From the NCBI GenBank assembly GCA_965205025.1, contig CBDBFU010000012.1, forward strand, positions 393,918 to 457,917: DNA of 64,000 nucleotides. Reading direction: 5' to 3'. The translations under genes and the position numbers were made by a program. This document shows, one piece after another, positions 29,260 to 40,434 of the stretch; positions within the stretch are counted from its first letter, which is position 1; each line of letters begins with the position of its first letter. The stretch comes from Candidatus Poribacteria bacterium. GTDB lineage: Bacteria > Poribacteria > WGA-4E > WGA-3G. Below the pieces are notes generated by a model, which was not told the origin of the DNA, searched no databases, and saw only the letters and a list, made by a program, of their open reading frames with translations.

Positions 29260-31161
29260 GTGATTATGAAACGACAATTCTTTTGTTCTATCCTAATTCT
29301 ATTCTTCATTATATCTGTTATACCTCTTACTGCACAAGATTATACACAATGGGGACTTCCAGATGGTGCGATTGCTCGATTGGGAAAAGGTAAATTGTAC
29401 CAGATTAGATATTCACCAGATGGAAAAACATTAGCCGTGGCAGGTTCAATCGGTATATGGATATATGATTCATTTACTGGTGCAGAATTAAAACTCATAA
29501 CTGGACATACGGATGCTATAGAATGTATTGCTATCAGTTCTGATGGAAAATTATTAGCATCTGGTAGTAATGATGACACAATACGACTTTGGAACCTAAA
29601 TACTGGTAAGAGAATGGCTACACTCATAGGACATTATGATGACGTTAGAGGAGTAGCTTTCACTCCTGATGGAAAATTATTAGCAAGTACAAGTGAGGAT
29701 GCCACTGTATGCTTATGGGATCTTGAAAATTATAAACTTAAAAAGAGACTATCTGGTCATTCTGCATGGGGTAGAGTTGTTGCATTTAGTTCTGATGGAA
29801 CTATTCTGGCAAGTGGGAATAACGATGGTACTATTAGACTATGGGATGGAATTACAGGAAAATTCCTAAAGAAAATCCCAGGACATTCAAGAGGTGTTAC
29901 CTCATTAGCATTTAGTCCTGACAATAAAACTATAGTCAGTGGTTCTGATGATGGGACAATAGGATTCTGGGATACAGATTCAGCCCAGGATAAACTTATC
30001 TTCACAGCACATTCATGGTATGTTGTATCGGTTGCGTTTTCTCCTGATGGTAATACTGTTGCAAGTGCAAGTTATGATAATGCAATTCATTTGTGGAATG
30101 CAGATACTGGAGAAAAAATAAATTCACTTACAGGTCATACACATCCCGTTGTATCTGTGCAATATTCACCCAATGGGAATACCATTGTAAGTGGTAGTCA
30201 GGATGGTACAATTCGATTCTGGCATCCACGTACTGCCAGAGAGAAGAATATTCTTGTTGGACATACAAGTGATGTCAAATCTATTGCCTTTACCCCTGAT
30301 GGAAAAACACTTGCAAGTGGGAATTCAGAAAAAACTATACACCTATGGGATATACCTACAAGATCCTACAAAAATACTCTTATTGGACATTCAGAAACTG
30401 TAGGTAGCGTTGCAATTAGTCCTGATGGTTCTCTACTTGCAAGTGGCAGTTGGGATGGTACAATACGACTTTGGGATATACAAAACGGAAAAGAAAAATA
30501 TACACTTAACGATCATGTTGGTAATGTTGCATCTGTAACCTTTTCCCCCGATGGAACTAAGATCGCAAGTGGTAGTTATGATAACTCTGTTCGTATATGG
30601 GATTCAACCACTGCTGAAGTAATACATACCATTAATAAGCATACAGATAGAGTTAGAGCAGTAGCCTTTTCTCCTGATGGAAAAACACTTGCAAGTGGTG
30701 ACGGTGATAACACTATATTATTCTGGAATCCTGAAACAGGTTTACCAAAGAAAATGTCATCATTGAAAACGCTATTTAACAAAGTAATTACCCATTCGCA
30801 CCAAATTACAGGACTCCAATTTAATCCAAATGGAACTACATTTGCAAGTTCAAGTGATGATAGAACAGTGGGACTATGGAATGCTAAGACTGGAAAAAAT
30901 AAGAAAATGTTAAAAGGACACAATAGGTTTGTGTTAGATGTCACATACTCACCGGATGGAAATCTCTTAGCAACTTGTAGTTGGGATAAAATGATTCGAT
31001 GCTGGAATGCAGATACAGGAGAACATATTACAGGATTTATTGGTCATACTGGATATGTTCTTTCTGTCGCATTCTCGCCTGAAGAGAAAATCCTTGCAAG
31101 TGGTAGTAATGATGGTACTGTTCTCTTATGGGATGTGTCAAATTTCCTAAAGGACAAGTAA
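29260..31161 (+). CDS. Secreted WD40-repeat protein
   Basis: Signal peptide; many GH..V.SVAFSPDG..LASGS.D.TIRLWD repeats. Confidence 0.92.
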   Translation: MIMKRQFFCSILILFFIISVIPLTAQDYTQWGLPDGAIARLGKGKLYQIRYSPDGKTLAVAGSIGIWIYDSFTGAELKLITGHTDAIECIAISSDGKLLASGSNDDTIRLWNLNTGKRMATLIGHYDDVRGVAFTPDGKLLASTSEDATVCLWDLENYKLKKRLSGHSAWGRVVAFSSDGTILASGNNDGTIRLWDGITGKFLKKIPGHSRGVTSLAFSPDNKTIVSGSDDGTIGFWDTDSAQDKLIFTAHSWYVVSVAFSPDGNTVASASYDNAIHLWNADTGEKINSLTGHTHPVVSVQYSPNGNTIVSGSQDGTIRFWHPRTAREKNILVGHTSDVKSIAFTPDGKTLASGNSEKTIHLWDIPTRSYKNTLIGHSETVGSVAISPDGSLLASGSWDGTIRLWDIQNGKEKYTLNDHVGNVASVTFSPDGTKIASGSYDNSVRIWDSTTAEVIHTINKHTDRVRAVAFSPDGKTLASGDGDNTILFWNPETGLPKKMSSLKTLFNKVITHSHQITGLQFNPNGTTFASSSDDRTVGLWNAKTGKNKKMLKGHNRFVLDVTYSPDGNLLATCSWDKMIRCWNADTGEHITGFIGHTGYVLSVAFSPEEKILASGSNDGTVLLWDVSNFLKDK

Positions 31162-31167
31162 AAAACA

Positions 31168-33066
31168 GTGAAATACATTAGAATTATTATCATCTATATA
31201 ATTGTACATATAACAATTCCAATCTGTTTTTGTTATTCACAAGATTATGGATTGATGAGTTTACCAGATTCAGCAATCAGACGAATCGGAAAAGGTTATA
31301 TAAATGATGTGGTATTTTTTCCAGATGGCGAAAAATACGCAGTCTGCAGTTCACTTGGTATATGGGTTTATGATGTAGAAACTGGCAAAGAACTAAATCT
31401 GATTTCATCAGAAAATGAGGATGTAGAAACAGTTTGTTTTAGCCATGATGGTCAAATTTTTGCACATACATACGGTAAGTATATTATACTCAGATATGTT
31501 TCTGATTATAGCATTAAAAATACATTAACTGGACATACTTATAATGTATCATTGTTAGCATTTAGTCCCGATGCAAAGTTACTGGCAAGTGGTTCTAATG
31601 ACACTACAATTCGATTATGGGATGTTGATACAGGTAAACTACATACTACATTAATTAACCATACACAATCGATTAAGTCACTGGCATTTTCCTCAGATGG
31701 TAATGAACTTGCAAGTATAGAGAATAGTGGGGAAATAATAAATATATGGGATGTGAAAACCGGAAAAATAAAGAAAATTATCACACCTAAAGTTGGAAAA
31801 TTATCAAGGGTACTATATTCACCAAATGAACATATACTTACTACAGCAAATTGGAATGGTAAATTACATTTTTGGAATCCAATTTCAGGTGATTTAATCA
31901 ATACAATTTCAGCTTCCACATCAGAAATTAGAACTATAAGGTATTCTCCAGATGGTAAATCCATATTCTTTGGAAGAACAGATCATATCCGTAGATTAGA
32001 TCATAAAAATGGGGATCTTCTCAATACATACCAATTACCATCGTTTATATTTAAATCATTCGATATCTCAAATGATGGTAAATCAATAGTTTGCGATACA
32101 TACATAGATGGATCAATTCAATTTCTTGATGTCGAGACTGAAGCAATCAGATACAAAATATCAGGTTTTTCTTATGGTACTTCTTCTATAGTATTTTCTC
32201 CTGACGGATTAACATTAGTATCTACATCATTATTTGGAAAGAACATAAATGTCTATACAGTGTCCACTGGAGAGATAAGGAATACTATAAAAATTAACAC
32301 CAGTCTTTCATCTGATATTCTTCTCTCACCAGACGGTACTACATTATCTGCTGCAAATAGGATAGGAAATATATTCTTATGGGATATACAGACTGGAGAA
32401 ATTAGGAAAAAATTAATAGGACAAAGAAGCAATAATCAAACTATGGTATTCTCAAGTGATAGTTCAATCCTTTATAGTGCTGGGAATAACAGATTGATTC
32501 AGGTATGGGATATTGATTCAGGAAAATCAATAAGAGAAATATCACCATTTACAACTGATAGTACATCTAATCTTCAAATAAAGAAAATCTCTATAAGTCC
32601 CAATGACAAAACACTCGCAGTATTGACGAATTCAAACACTATAGAATTATACGATACTCAATCTAATATTTTTCAAGGTGAATTAAAAGGACATAGTTCA
32701 ACGGTATACTCTGCAGTCTTTTCAAATGATGGGAAAATACTTGGGAGTACCAGTATGGACAATACAATCAAATTATGGGATGTTGAATCAAGAAGTCAAT
32801 TACTGAGTTTTACTGAACCAACATCAATGAATGTCTATTCTATTGCATTTAGTCCAAATGGGAGGATTGTAGCCAGTGGTACATATAAGCTGATTCGGTT
32901 ATGGGATATTGAATCAGGAGAAAATGTTAAAACACTGTCAGGACATATAGGTTCGATTCAAGGCCTTACATACAGTCCAGATGGAAAAATCTTGGCAAGT
33001 AGTTCATTAGATGGGTCAGTGATTTTATGGGATGTTACAAGTAATCAACCTACTAATGCTAAATAA
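31168..33066 (+). CDS. Secreted WD40-repeat protein (more diverged paralogue)
   Basis: Same LPD.AI.R.GKG N-terminus and WD repeats. Confidence 0.9.
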   Translation: MKYIRIIIIYIIVHITIPICFCYSQDYGLMSLPDSAIRRIGKGYINDVVFFPDGEKYAVCSSLGIWVYDVETGKELNLISSENEDVETVCFSHDGQIFAHTYGKYIILRYVSDYSIKNTLTGHTYNVSLLAFSPDAKLLASGSNDTTIRLWDVDTGKLHTTLINHTQSIKSLAFSSDGNELASIENSGEIINIWDVKTGKIKKIITPKVGKLSRVLYSPNEHILTTANWNGKLHFWNPISGDLINTISASTSEIRTIRYSPDGKSIFFGRTDHIRRLDHKNGDLLNTYQLPSFIFKSFDISNDGKSIVCDTYIDGSIQFLDVETEAIRYKISGFSYGTSSIVFSPDGLTLVSTSLFGKNINVYTVSTGEIRNTIKINTSLSSDILLSPDGTTLSAANRIGNIFLWDIQTGEIRKKLIGQRSNNQTMVFSSDSSILYSAGNNRLIQVWDIDSGKSIREISPFTTDSTSNLQIKKISISPNDKTLAVLTNSNTIELYDTQSNIFQGELKGHSSTVYSAVFSNDGKILGSTSMDNTIKLWDVESRSQLLSFTEPTSMNVYSIAFSPNGRIVASGTYKLIRLWDIESGENVKTLSGHIGSIQGLTYSPDGKILASSSLDGSVILWDVTSNQPTNAK

Positions 33067-33118
33067 CCTACCGGTAATTTATTCGTAAATAATAATTACT
33101 TGTAACATTTTCATAATA

Positions 33119-34525
33119 TCAATAGGGTGTATCTCGTGTTGTAAGAGCACACCACCTTGTTGAAAAAAGATGATTATATAGTATATCCCGAGATTCCACT
33201 GTATCAATCTGCTTTAACGCAAATGCTGCATTAAAACGGACATATCTGTTATCATCATCTAATTGTGTTTTTAAATTTTCTAATGCTGGTTCAGAATGAG
33301 TGCCAAATTGTGCTAAACTCCGTGTAGCATTATATCGTATCCAATAATGTTCATCATTCAATGCTTGATCCAAGGTATTGACAGTTTCTTCGATATTATC
33401 GGACCCACACCCATCTTTTCCAATGATACCAATCCCTTCAATAGCATGCCTTCTTACCATAGGAGATTCATCTTTAGCTGCCTCTAAAAGTGCACTTACT
33501 GCTTCTTTCGCTGATTTACCCATATCACCTAATGCATAGGCTGAACATGCACGTATTGAATCATCATTATGCTTCAAAGCATCAATTAATGTTGGCACAG
33601 CAGGTTCACCTAATAGGCTTAATGAATGTCCTGCATAATTTCGAATTGAATCAGAAGAACCGTATAACGCTTTTTTCAGGTATACTACGGCATCTTTTCC
33701 AACTCTTCCAAGACGATATGCTGCATTTAATCGTATCTTTTCGTTGTCATCTTCAAGTGATTCAAGGAGTGATTCCACTTCCTTAGAAGAAACTCCATTA
33801 GTATTTCCATTCTGTTTTCCGTAATACCAATCCCAATGTGTTTCATGCATATCAGGATGTTCTGAACTCTCTGTTGAATCTACTGAATGCCATTCTGTAG
33901 ATTCACTATTCCAGACAGGTTCAGAGGGTTCTTCAAGTCGTGAAAACAGGAACTTCAACATATATCGTTTCTGATCACTGGTGTTGGCAGTAGCACGATG
34001 CCATAAATCGTAGTGAACAATAGTCACTGTTCCCGCTTCACCACAAAGAGGTGTATCGGGTTGTTCATGCGCACTTTCACTTGTCTCATAATATTGTGAA
34101 GCAGGTAAAACAGCTGTCGGTCCTCTCTCCTCTGGAACATCTTGAGGATAATAAAATCCCATTGTCCATCGACACTTATGACGACGAACCTGTTCATCAC
34201 CTTCATAAGAATCTTTGTGAAAGTTTTGTCCTCCACCACCTTGTGGGTTGAAGTGACAGTAACGGTGTGGATGCATTATATAATTTTTACCAAGAACCCC
34301 CTGCATAGCACCATGTATTACTGGATGGTCAAAGACCTCTTGAATTTCAGGTATCAGTGGGAGGACATTATTACCTAAGTTTCCAGTATGTTCAAACATA
34401 TCATCCAGATGATTGTATATGTTTTCATGAAAACTCGGGTGGAAATCTGTTTTTAATGTAATAAACCCATTTATGATAAAATCACGCATTTGTTCATCAG
34501 TGAGTGGTAATGCTTGTTTCTCCAT
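33119..34525 (-). CDS. Phytanoyl-CoA dioxygenase (PhyH) domain fused to HEAT repeats
   Basis: FHKD and LWHRA Fe-binding triad; C-terminal AVPTLIDAL...IR..A.ALG repeats. Confidence 0.85.
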   Translation of the reverse strand: MEKQALPLTDEQMRDFIINGFITLKTDFHPSFHENIYNHLDDMFEHTGNLGNNVLPLIPEIQEVFDHPVIHGAMQGVLGKNYIMHPHRYCHFNPQGGGGQNFHKDSYEGDEQVRRHKCRWTMGFYYPQDVPEERGPTAVLPASQYYETSESAHEQPDTPLCGEAGTVTIVHYDLWHRATANTSDQKRYMLKFLFSRLEEPSEPVWNSESTEWHSVDSTESSEHPDMHETHWDWYYGKQNGNTNGVSSKEVESLLESLEDDNEKIRLNAAYRLGRVGKDAVVYLKKALYGSSDSIRNYAGHSLSLLGEPAVPTLIDALKHNDDSIRACSAYALGDMGKSAKEAVSALLEAAKDESPMVRRHAIEGIGIIGKDGCGSDNIEETVNTLDQALNDEHYWIRYNATRSLAQFGTHSEPALENLKTQLDDDNRYVRFNAAFALKQIDTVESRDILYNHLFSTRWCALTTRDTPY

Positions 34526-34672
34526 CGTAAATTCCCCCTCATTTCTTAGGTTAAGGCTATCAGAAAATTATAATCAAGTCAAATGTATTTTCTTTATATT
34601 ACATACTGTAAGACTATTTGACATAAAAGAATGTAATCCTAATTTCCATAATTCGCTTTAAAACCACTATAA

Positions 34673-34913
34673 TACCATTTCTGGTAATTAAAGTCTCATT
34701 AATTGAATCTCTTAAATGTAGCACAAACTTCATGAGGATTAAGTAAATATTTCGGTAATTCTACTTTCCCAAACCCGGTAGGTGCGGTTTCCTAACCGTA
34801 CCGGACTTTACAGGAAAGTTACCGAATTAGTAAATTAATCTTCATCCAGTTTGTGTAGTATTTCAAGACATAAATATCACATAATCATGGGAGAATCATT
34901 TATAGAAATGGTA
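34673..34913. mobile_element. Composite MITE: TACCATTTCT element > IS630-derived MITE (34732-34845) > GTAG REP (34778)
   Basis: TIR TACCATTTCT / AGAAATGGTA with TAA duplication; inner ends ATGAGGATTAAG / TTAATCTTCAT. Confidence 0.75.
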
Positions 34914-35151
34914 TAAGTTCCGTTTCTTCAGACCACAGACCACTTATTACAATTATACCTATCTCATCTTATATCAATTATTTAATCTATCATACTTGTT
35001 CTATTTTTCATTGTTTAGGTTGCTAATTAGAATAGCTATTAGACATTAATATTGATTATATATCTTTCCATCTACTCGGTTGACAGAAGTATTCCATTGT
35101 TCCCGTTTATGTGGTATACTACTTTAGAGTTAGAGATTTTGGAGGACACTA

Positions 35152-36123
35152 ATGAAAGAAATCGATAGACGTTGGGATGGATCTATAACCCGTTATCCTG
35201 ATCCTGCTATAGAGGTAATTGATCAAAGATTTGCAAAATATAAAATTGGAAATTCTGTCGTTGAACGGCTATGGACTGGAGCACGTTGGTCAGAAGGACC
35301 AGTATGGTTTGGTGATGCGGGATATCTGCTCTGGAGCGATATACCGAATAACAGAATTCTAAAGTATCAAGAGTCCACAGGGGAGGTAAGTGAATACCGT
35401 AAGCCATCTAATTATACAAATGGACACACGCGTGATCGACAGGGTAGACTAATCAGTTGTGAACACGGTACACGACGGGTTACACGAACCGAATACGATG
35501 GATCAATTACCATTTTGATGGATAATTATGATGGTAAGAAATTGAATGCACCAAATGATGTTGCTGTCCATCCTGACGGTGGAGTTTGGTTCACAGATCC
35601 TGGATACGGTATTATGCTAAATTACGAAGGTCATATTGCTGAATTTGAATTACCTACATGTGTTTATCGAATTAATCCAGAAACTGGTGATACCACAATG
35701 GTTACGGATGAAATCGAAAAACCAAATGGTATCTGTTTTTCACCAGATTATGAAAAATTATATATTGTCGATACTGGTGTCACCCATAAAGAAGGTACAC
35801 CACGAAATATATATGTTTATGATGTAATTAATGGTGAATCTTTAGAGAATCAACAGGTCTTCTGTGATATGTCACCAGGAATTGCTGACGGAATACGATG
35901 TGATACAGATGGAAATTTATGGGCAAGTGCAGGTTGGGTAGGTGATGGATATGATGGGGTTCACGTATTTGCCCCTGATGGAATACTTATAGGCAAAATA
36001 CATTTACCTGAAATATGTGCAAACCTATGCTTCGGTGGTGTAAAAAGAAACCGTTTATTCATGACAGGTAGTCAATCTCTATATTCAGTATACGTTGAAA
36101 CACAAGGATTACCTTTATTCTAA
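35152..36123 (+). CDS. SMP-30/gluconolactonase family protein
   Basis: WSEGPVW, LNAPND, PNGICFSPD, DGIRCD. Confidence 0.9.
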   Translation: MKEIDRRWDGSITRYPDPAIEVIDQRFAKYKIGNSVVERLWTGARWSEGPVWFGDAGYLLWSDIPNNRILKYQESTGEVSEYRKPSNYTNGHTRDRQGRLISCEHGTRRVTRTEYDGSITILMDNYDGKKLNAPNDVAVHPDGGVWFTDPGYGIMLNYEGHIAEFELPTCVYRINPETGDTTMVTDEIEKPNGICFSPDYEKLYIVDTGVTHKEGTPRNIYVYDVINGESLENQQVFCDMSPGIADGIRCDTDGNLWASAGWVGDGYDGVHVFAPDGILIGKIHLPEICANLCFGGVKRNRLFMTGSQSLYSVYVETQGLPLF

Positions 36124-36155
36124 ATAACAGTATCTGGTTCAGTATTTTTAACTGA

Positions 36156-36998
36156 ATGTCCCAATTTGATAAAAAATACATGGATAAACTTGAGAAAATT
36201 TATTGTCCAATTTGTAATATAGATAATACAAGATTACTATACCATATTGATTCACTTTCAGTAGTTATCTGTAAACAGTGTAGATTGTGGTATGTTAATC
36301 CTCGTATAAAGAAGACTACATTGGAAAAGGAATATGTTGAAACATATTATCCTGATGAAAAGATGACTCGAATCAATTCAGATAAAATGGAATGGCTTCA
36401 AATGTCTGAACGACTTTCTGAATTGGAGAAAAAGTGTCCATCATACGGAAGAATTCTTGATGTAGGGTGTGGGATTGGAACATTTCTACATTTAGCTAAC
36501 ATAAGTGGGTGGGAAACTTATGGCATTGATCCATCAAAGAGTGGGAGTACTTATGCTCAAGAGATTCATCAACTAAATGTTCAATGTGGAGATATTTTTG
36601 ATGCAAAATTTCCAGATGCACATTTTGATGTAATTACACTCTACCATGTTTTAGAACATATACCAGATTTAAACCCATTATTATCAGAATTAAGAAGGAT
36701 TTTAAAACCCAACACAGGGAAATTGGTTATAGAAGTTCCAAATGGTCGGAGTTTACATAGTAGAATTCAAAAGTCAGATTGGCCTTATATTCACCCACAT
36801 GATCATCTTTACTATTTCTCAGCAAATTCGCTATCAAGATTACTCAAGAAAAATGAATTTAATCATATTGAATTAGGAAAGCCAGGTAGGGTTGGTATAG
36901 AGAGAAATATAAAGTTCCACATTAGACTGTTGACAACTACTATACTTGTAAGATTAAATTTAGGTACTGTAATTCGATTGTATGCAGGTTGGAAATGA
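36156..36998 (+). CDS. Class I SAM-dependent methyltransferase with N-terminal zinc-ribbon cysteines
   Basis: CPIC..CKQC, ILDVGCGIG, HVLEH. Confidence 0.85.
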   Translation: MSQFDKKYMDKLEKIYCPICNIDNTRLLYHIDSLSVVICKQCRLWYVNPRIKKTTLEKEYVETYYPDEKMTRINSDKMEWLQMSERLSELEKKCPSYGRILDVGCGIGTFLHLANISGWETYGIDPSKSGSTYAQEIHQLNVQCGDIFDAKFPDAHFDVITLYHVLEHIPDLNPLLSELRRILKPNTGKLVIEVPNGRSLHSRIQKSDWPYIHPHDHLYYFSANSLSRLLKKNEFNHIELGKPGRVGIERNIKFHIRLLTTTILVRLNLGTVIRLYAGWK

Positions 36999-37000
36999 AT

Positions 37001-37468
37001 TTATAAGGGAGGAGGGAGAAAAGAATAGGATTGAATCACATCGTTCATAAGTAACCTTTTGGATATATTCTCTATCTTAGCTGTATTCAATTCACCAGCT
37101 ATACAAAACTTTTTACCTGTACGGACACTACTTACTTCAGAGATTCCAAGATCTTTAATTCCTTTTACTGTACTATCACCAACTGCATCGGTAACACCTG
37201 GTTTATATTGAACTTCTATAGTCCACTGTTTTTCTGATGTTTGAACCTGGTTAATTGAATATTGTTGCGTAATCGGATCAGCTAAGAGTTCATTTCCAAT
37301 TCGATGTATTGCAATCTCATCAAGCATACCTTCAATCCAATATATAGCAGCAGTTCGGACTGATTCTACACCATTGATTCCAAGATCTAAAACGTCCTGA
37401 AGAATACCCAAACCGATAGCATCAGGAACATCAGGTTTATAAGATACTTCAACTTTCCAATTATTCAT
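37001..37468 (-). CDS. purS: FGAM synthase PurS-type protein with two tandem PurS domains
   Basis: Two V.V.YKP.V.D..G ... LL.(D/N) units. Confidence 0.7.
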   Translation of the reverse strand: MNNWKVEVSYKPDVPDAIGLGILQDVLDLGINGVESVRTAAIYWIEGMLDEIAIHRIGNELLADPITQQYSINQVQTSEKQWTIEVQYKPGVTDAVGDSTVKGIKDLGISEVSSVRTGKKFCIAGELNTAKIENISKRLLMNDVIQSYSFLPPPL

Positions 37469-37747
37469 AAGGAATTACAAAAAGACACATATAAGATATA
37501 TGGTTATTATGGAAACATTGATACAACGTATCAAAACATTTCCTACAAACTCTATTTCTCAACACAATTTGAGAAGGATAAATATTAATACAGATACCAG
37601 TATATCATATCAATCTGAATACAGTAAAGAATATAGTTAATAAATAATATCTTTAATATAATGTGAGTTTGATTATAGGCATACGAACTTCATTCTTCCA
37701 AAATTAATAGTCTTTTAAACCAGGTAGGTGCGGTTTCCTAACCGCAC

Positions 37748-39202
37748 CATAGGCGTCAATTTAGCGGTTTTTTGTAGCATTTTCAAGATATTCCAATGTT
37801 GTTTTTCTATTAGCTCTTCTTTCAATGTAGCACCCGTTTTCGAATACTTGTTTTATCTCATCAAATGTCTCTCTAAGATGTCTCTTTGACTTGCGAAAGC
37901 TTATTGTGATTGTGCGTGTGTAGGACGTAATAAGCTCTACTGTTTTCGATAAACTATGCCGTAAACATCGCCATCCTATGACCAACATCACCCAATGCCG
38001 AATGATTGCAGCGATCAGTTTAGCATATATTTCACATAGAATACGATACGGTTTTTTACTTCGTGATGTGTCTACTTTTCCAAGGCTTTTAAAGCACTTA
38101 AATATCAACTCGATCTGCCATCGAATCCGCGCAATGACACATATCTGTTCAGCGGTGAGTTGATCCGTTCCAATATTTGTAATGTAGATATTCCAACCTG
38201 CGAGTTGGAGTCGTGCCTGTGATGCTTGTGTATGCTTTCGTTTAGCACGATAGTTGATATCTCGTCGTCGTTTTTCGGTTTCTTCTTCGGAGAGTCTCTG
38301 AGCTACTAATCTTACTTTCATCCGCTTTTTTGAACCTATGAAAATATCTGTTTCGATAATGTTTTCGGTCTGAAACTTGAGCCATTTATGTAAACAAAGA
38401 GGCTTTCCTGTATTGTCAAAAACCGAACACCTAACTTTATACCGTGAAATCCAAAAGACCCCTTCGTCCGTAAGTTCTTGAAGGGTTTGTAGCGAAAAAT
38501 AACCGAGATCCGCAAGGCGTAAACTCCCTTGGGGGAGCCGGTCAATCTGTTTTTCTACAGTGCTATCAGCGGTGATGCCGTTGGTGAGTTGAAAGTGTTC
38601 GAATGTCCCTGTAGCAACATCGAAGCGTAGATGGAGTTTCAGTTCGGATTTGTTCGGATAATCCTTTTTACTGGCACCTTCCCAAATATCGTGAAGCGTA
38701 TCAGGGAGTGTTATCCAAGAACTATCTTGTATATAGATACCGTTGAACTGTTCAAGGAGTGGGAGAACTTGTGGATCCGCAGAAATCACTTCGGACGCAG
38801 CCGCGTCAAGGATTGCTTTGAGGGTTTGTGCAGCTTCAGCAGTAAATCGTTGTTCAATCGCTTGTCGTGAGATTGGAGTACCGAGAGAAGCAGCAGTATG
38901 TGTAAGTTGAGTATAGGTGGCATCAGGATTTTCTAACCAACTATAAATAAGTGTCTGAGCAAAATGACTCCCCGCAAGTTTTCGATTTCTTTTGCAAAAT
39001 CCTGTTTCAAGGGCTGCTTCATCAGCAATGGTTGTTAGAATCTGTTGCATTTTTTCAGGAACCTGTGATAATGTATTCATTGGAAACACCTCTTGTATAA
39101 AGTAAAAGGTAATATTTTTATACATTATATAGGAGATGTTTTCACTTAACAATAATTATTATTGAAAAATCAGACATCCTTTTTCTAAAATTGACGCCTA
39201 TA
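37748..39202 (-). mobile_element. IS4-family insertion sequence flanked by a 20-bp direct repeat
   Basis: TIR CATAGGCGTCAATTTAG / CTAAAATTGACGCCTATA; GTGCGGTTTCCTAACCGCAC at 37728-47 and 39203-22. Confidence 0.88.
37761..39080 (-). CDS. IS4-family transposase
   Basis: IQDSS, LADLGYF and RWQIELIFK (YREK-like) DDE motifs; start MNTLSQ after GAGG. Confidence 0.9.
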   Translation of the reverse strand: MNTLSQVPEKMQQILTTIADEAALETGFCKRNRKLAGSHFAQTLIYSWLENPDATYTQLTHTAASLGTPISRQAIEQRFTAEAAQTLKAILDAAASEVISADPQVLPLLEQFNGIYIQDSSWITLPDTLHDIWEGASKKDYPNKSELKLHLRFDVATGTFEHFQLTNGITADSTVEKQIDRLPQGSLRLADLGYFSLQTLQELTDEGVFWISRYKVRCSVFDNTGKPLCLHKWLKFQTENIIETDIFIGSKKRMKVRLVAQRLSEEETEKRRRDINYRAKRKHTQASQARLQLAGWNIYITNIGTDQLTAEQICVIARIRWQIELIFKCFKSLGKVDTSRSKKPYRILCEIYAKLIAAIIRHWVMLVIGWRCLRHSLSKTVELITSYTRTITISFRKSKRHLRETFDEIKQVFENGCYIERRANRKTTLEYLENATKNR

Positions 39203-39282
39203 GTGCGGTTTCCTAACCGCACTGAATATAAAAAACTGATTTATCAAACTCACGTTTAATATAAAATACAGTCATAGACATA

Positions 39283-40125
39283 ATGGAAATTAATATGGAC
39301 AATCAAGAATTGCGATTATTAGTCATTGGGGCACATCCAGATGATTGTGATTTCAAAGCAGGTGGATTAGCAGCACTTTATAGACAAGAAAACCATAATG
39401 TAAAGTTTATTTCTGTTACAAACGGGGATGCAGGACACCATGAAATGGGGGGTGGTCCTTTAGCATTACGAAGAGGACAGGAAGCCAATGATGCAGCTGA
39501 TATCATCGGGATAGAATATGATTTACTTGATATTCACGATGGAGAATTGATACCCAGCCTGGAAAATAGGTATGAGATAATTAGAAATATACGCATATAT
39601 AAACCAGATATGATAATGACACATCGACCAAACGACTACCATCCTGATCATCGCTATACCTCTATGTTAGTTCAGGACGCAGCATATATGGTAACTGTAC
39701 CTAACGTTTGTGCACAAACACCACATTTAGAAAATAATCCAGTAATTCTTTATTTAAGTGATAGATTTAATAAACCTTATCCATTTACTCCAGATGTTGT
39801 AATAGGAATTGACGCGGTTGTTGATAAGAAAATAGATATGATCCATTCTCATACTTCACAAGTTTATGAATGGCTTCCATTTAATAATGGAACTCTTGAA
39901 TCAGTGCCAGATAATACTGAGGATAGAAGAGAATGGCTAGCAAACCGACTATTCAAACAATTCAGTTCAATTGCTGACAAATATCGTAATAAATTAATTG
40001 AATTTTATGGGAATGAAATAGGGGAATCCATTCAATATGCCGAAGCCTTTGAGGCATGCGAATATGGTTCGCCATTAACAAATGAAAAAATTTCTACACT
40101 TTTTCCATTCTTCAGCAACAGTTGA
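39283..40125 (+). CDS. PIG-L/LmbE family deacetylase
   Basis: GAHPDD, TNGDAG, YHPDH. Confidence 0.9.
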   Translation: MEINMDNQELRLLVIGAHPDDCDFKAGGLAALYRQENHNVKFISVTNGDAGHHEMGGGPLALRRGQEANDAADIIGIEYDLLDIHDGELIPSLENRYEIIRNIRIYKPDMIMTHRPNDYHPDHRYTSMLVQDAAYMVTVPNVCAQTPHLENNPVILYLSDRFNKPYPFTPDVVIGIDAVVDKKIDMIHSHTSQVYEWLPFNNGTLESVPDNTEDRREWLANRLFKQFSSIADKYRNKLIEFYGNEIGESIQYAEAFEACEYGSPLTNEKISTLFPFFSNS

Positions 40126-40176
40126 ATTAGAGTATTGATTTGAACCGATAATCTTTCAAGGAGTTTCTAATTATTA

Positions 40177-40434
40177 ATGCCAACAGAACAAGCAAGTGCT
40201 AAGACCCTAATGTATATTGTATGTGTTATTGGTCTTATTTTTTCTATTGTTATGGTAATACTGTTTTTTAATGCTGCACCAGAAAGGTCATATATTGAAG
40301 ATCACCTAAAATCAACAGATGCATCCGATTGCTTAAAATGCCACCTTGTTGGTGATGAAGAATCCCCGACGATGCCACATCTAAATCTTGGTAGGTGTAC
40401 GTTGTGCCATGGATTAGCTAAAGAACCCCGCTAA
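40177..40434 (+). CDS. Small membrane-anchored di-haem cytochrome c
   Basis: N-terminal hydrophobic helix; CLKCH and CTLCH motifs. Confidence 0.7.
   Translation: MPTEQASAKTLMYIVCVIGLIFSIVMVILFFNAAPERSYIEDHLKSTDASDCLKCHLVGDEESPTMPHLNLGRCTLCHGLAKEPR

Larger units (their letters stand above)
37661..39255. mobile_element. A(C/T)GTGAGTTTGA MITE carrying a REP and an inserted IS4
   Basis: Ends ATGTGAGTTTGAT / ATCAAACTCACGT; 8-bp direct repeat TTAATATA. Confidence 0.7.

Noticed and set aside
29340-31964. Antisense ORFs inside the WD40 genes, and similar short shadow ORFs across the window
   Set aside because: Opposite-strand or alternate-frame by-products of long well-supported genes
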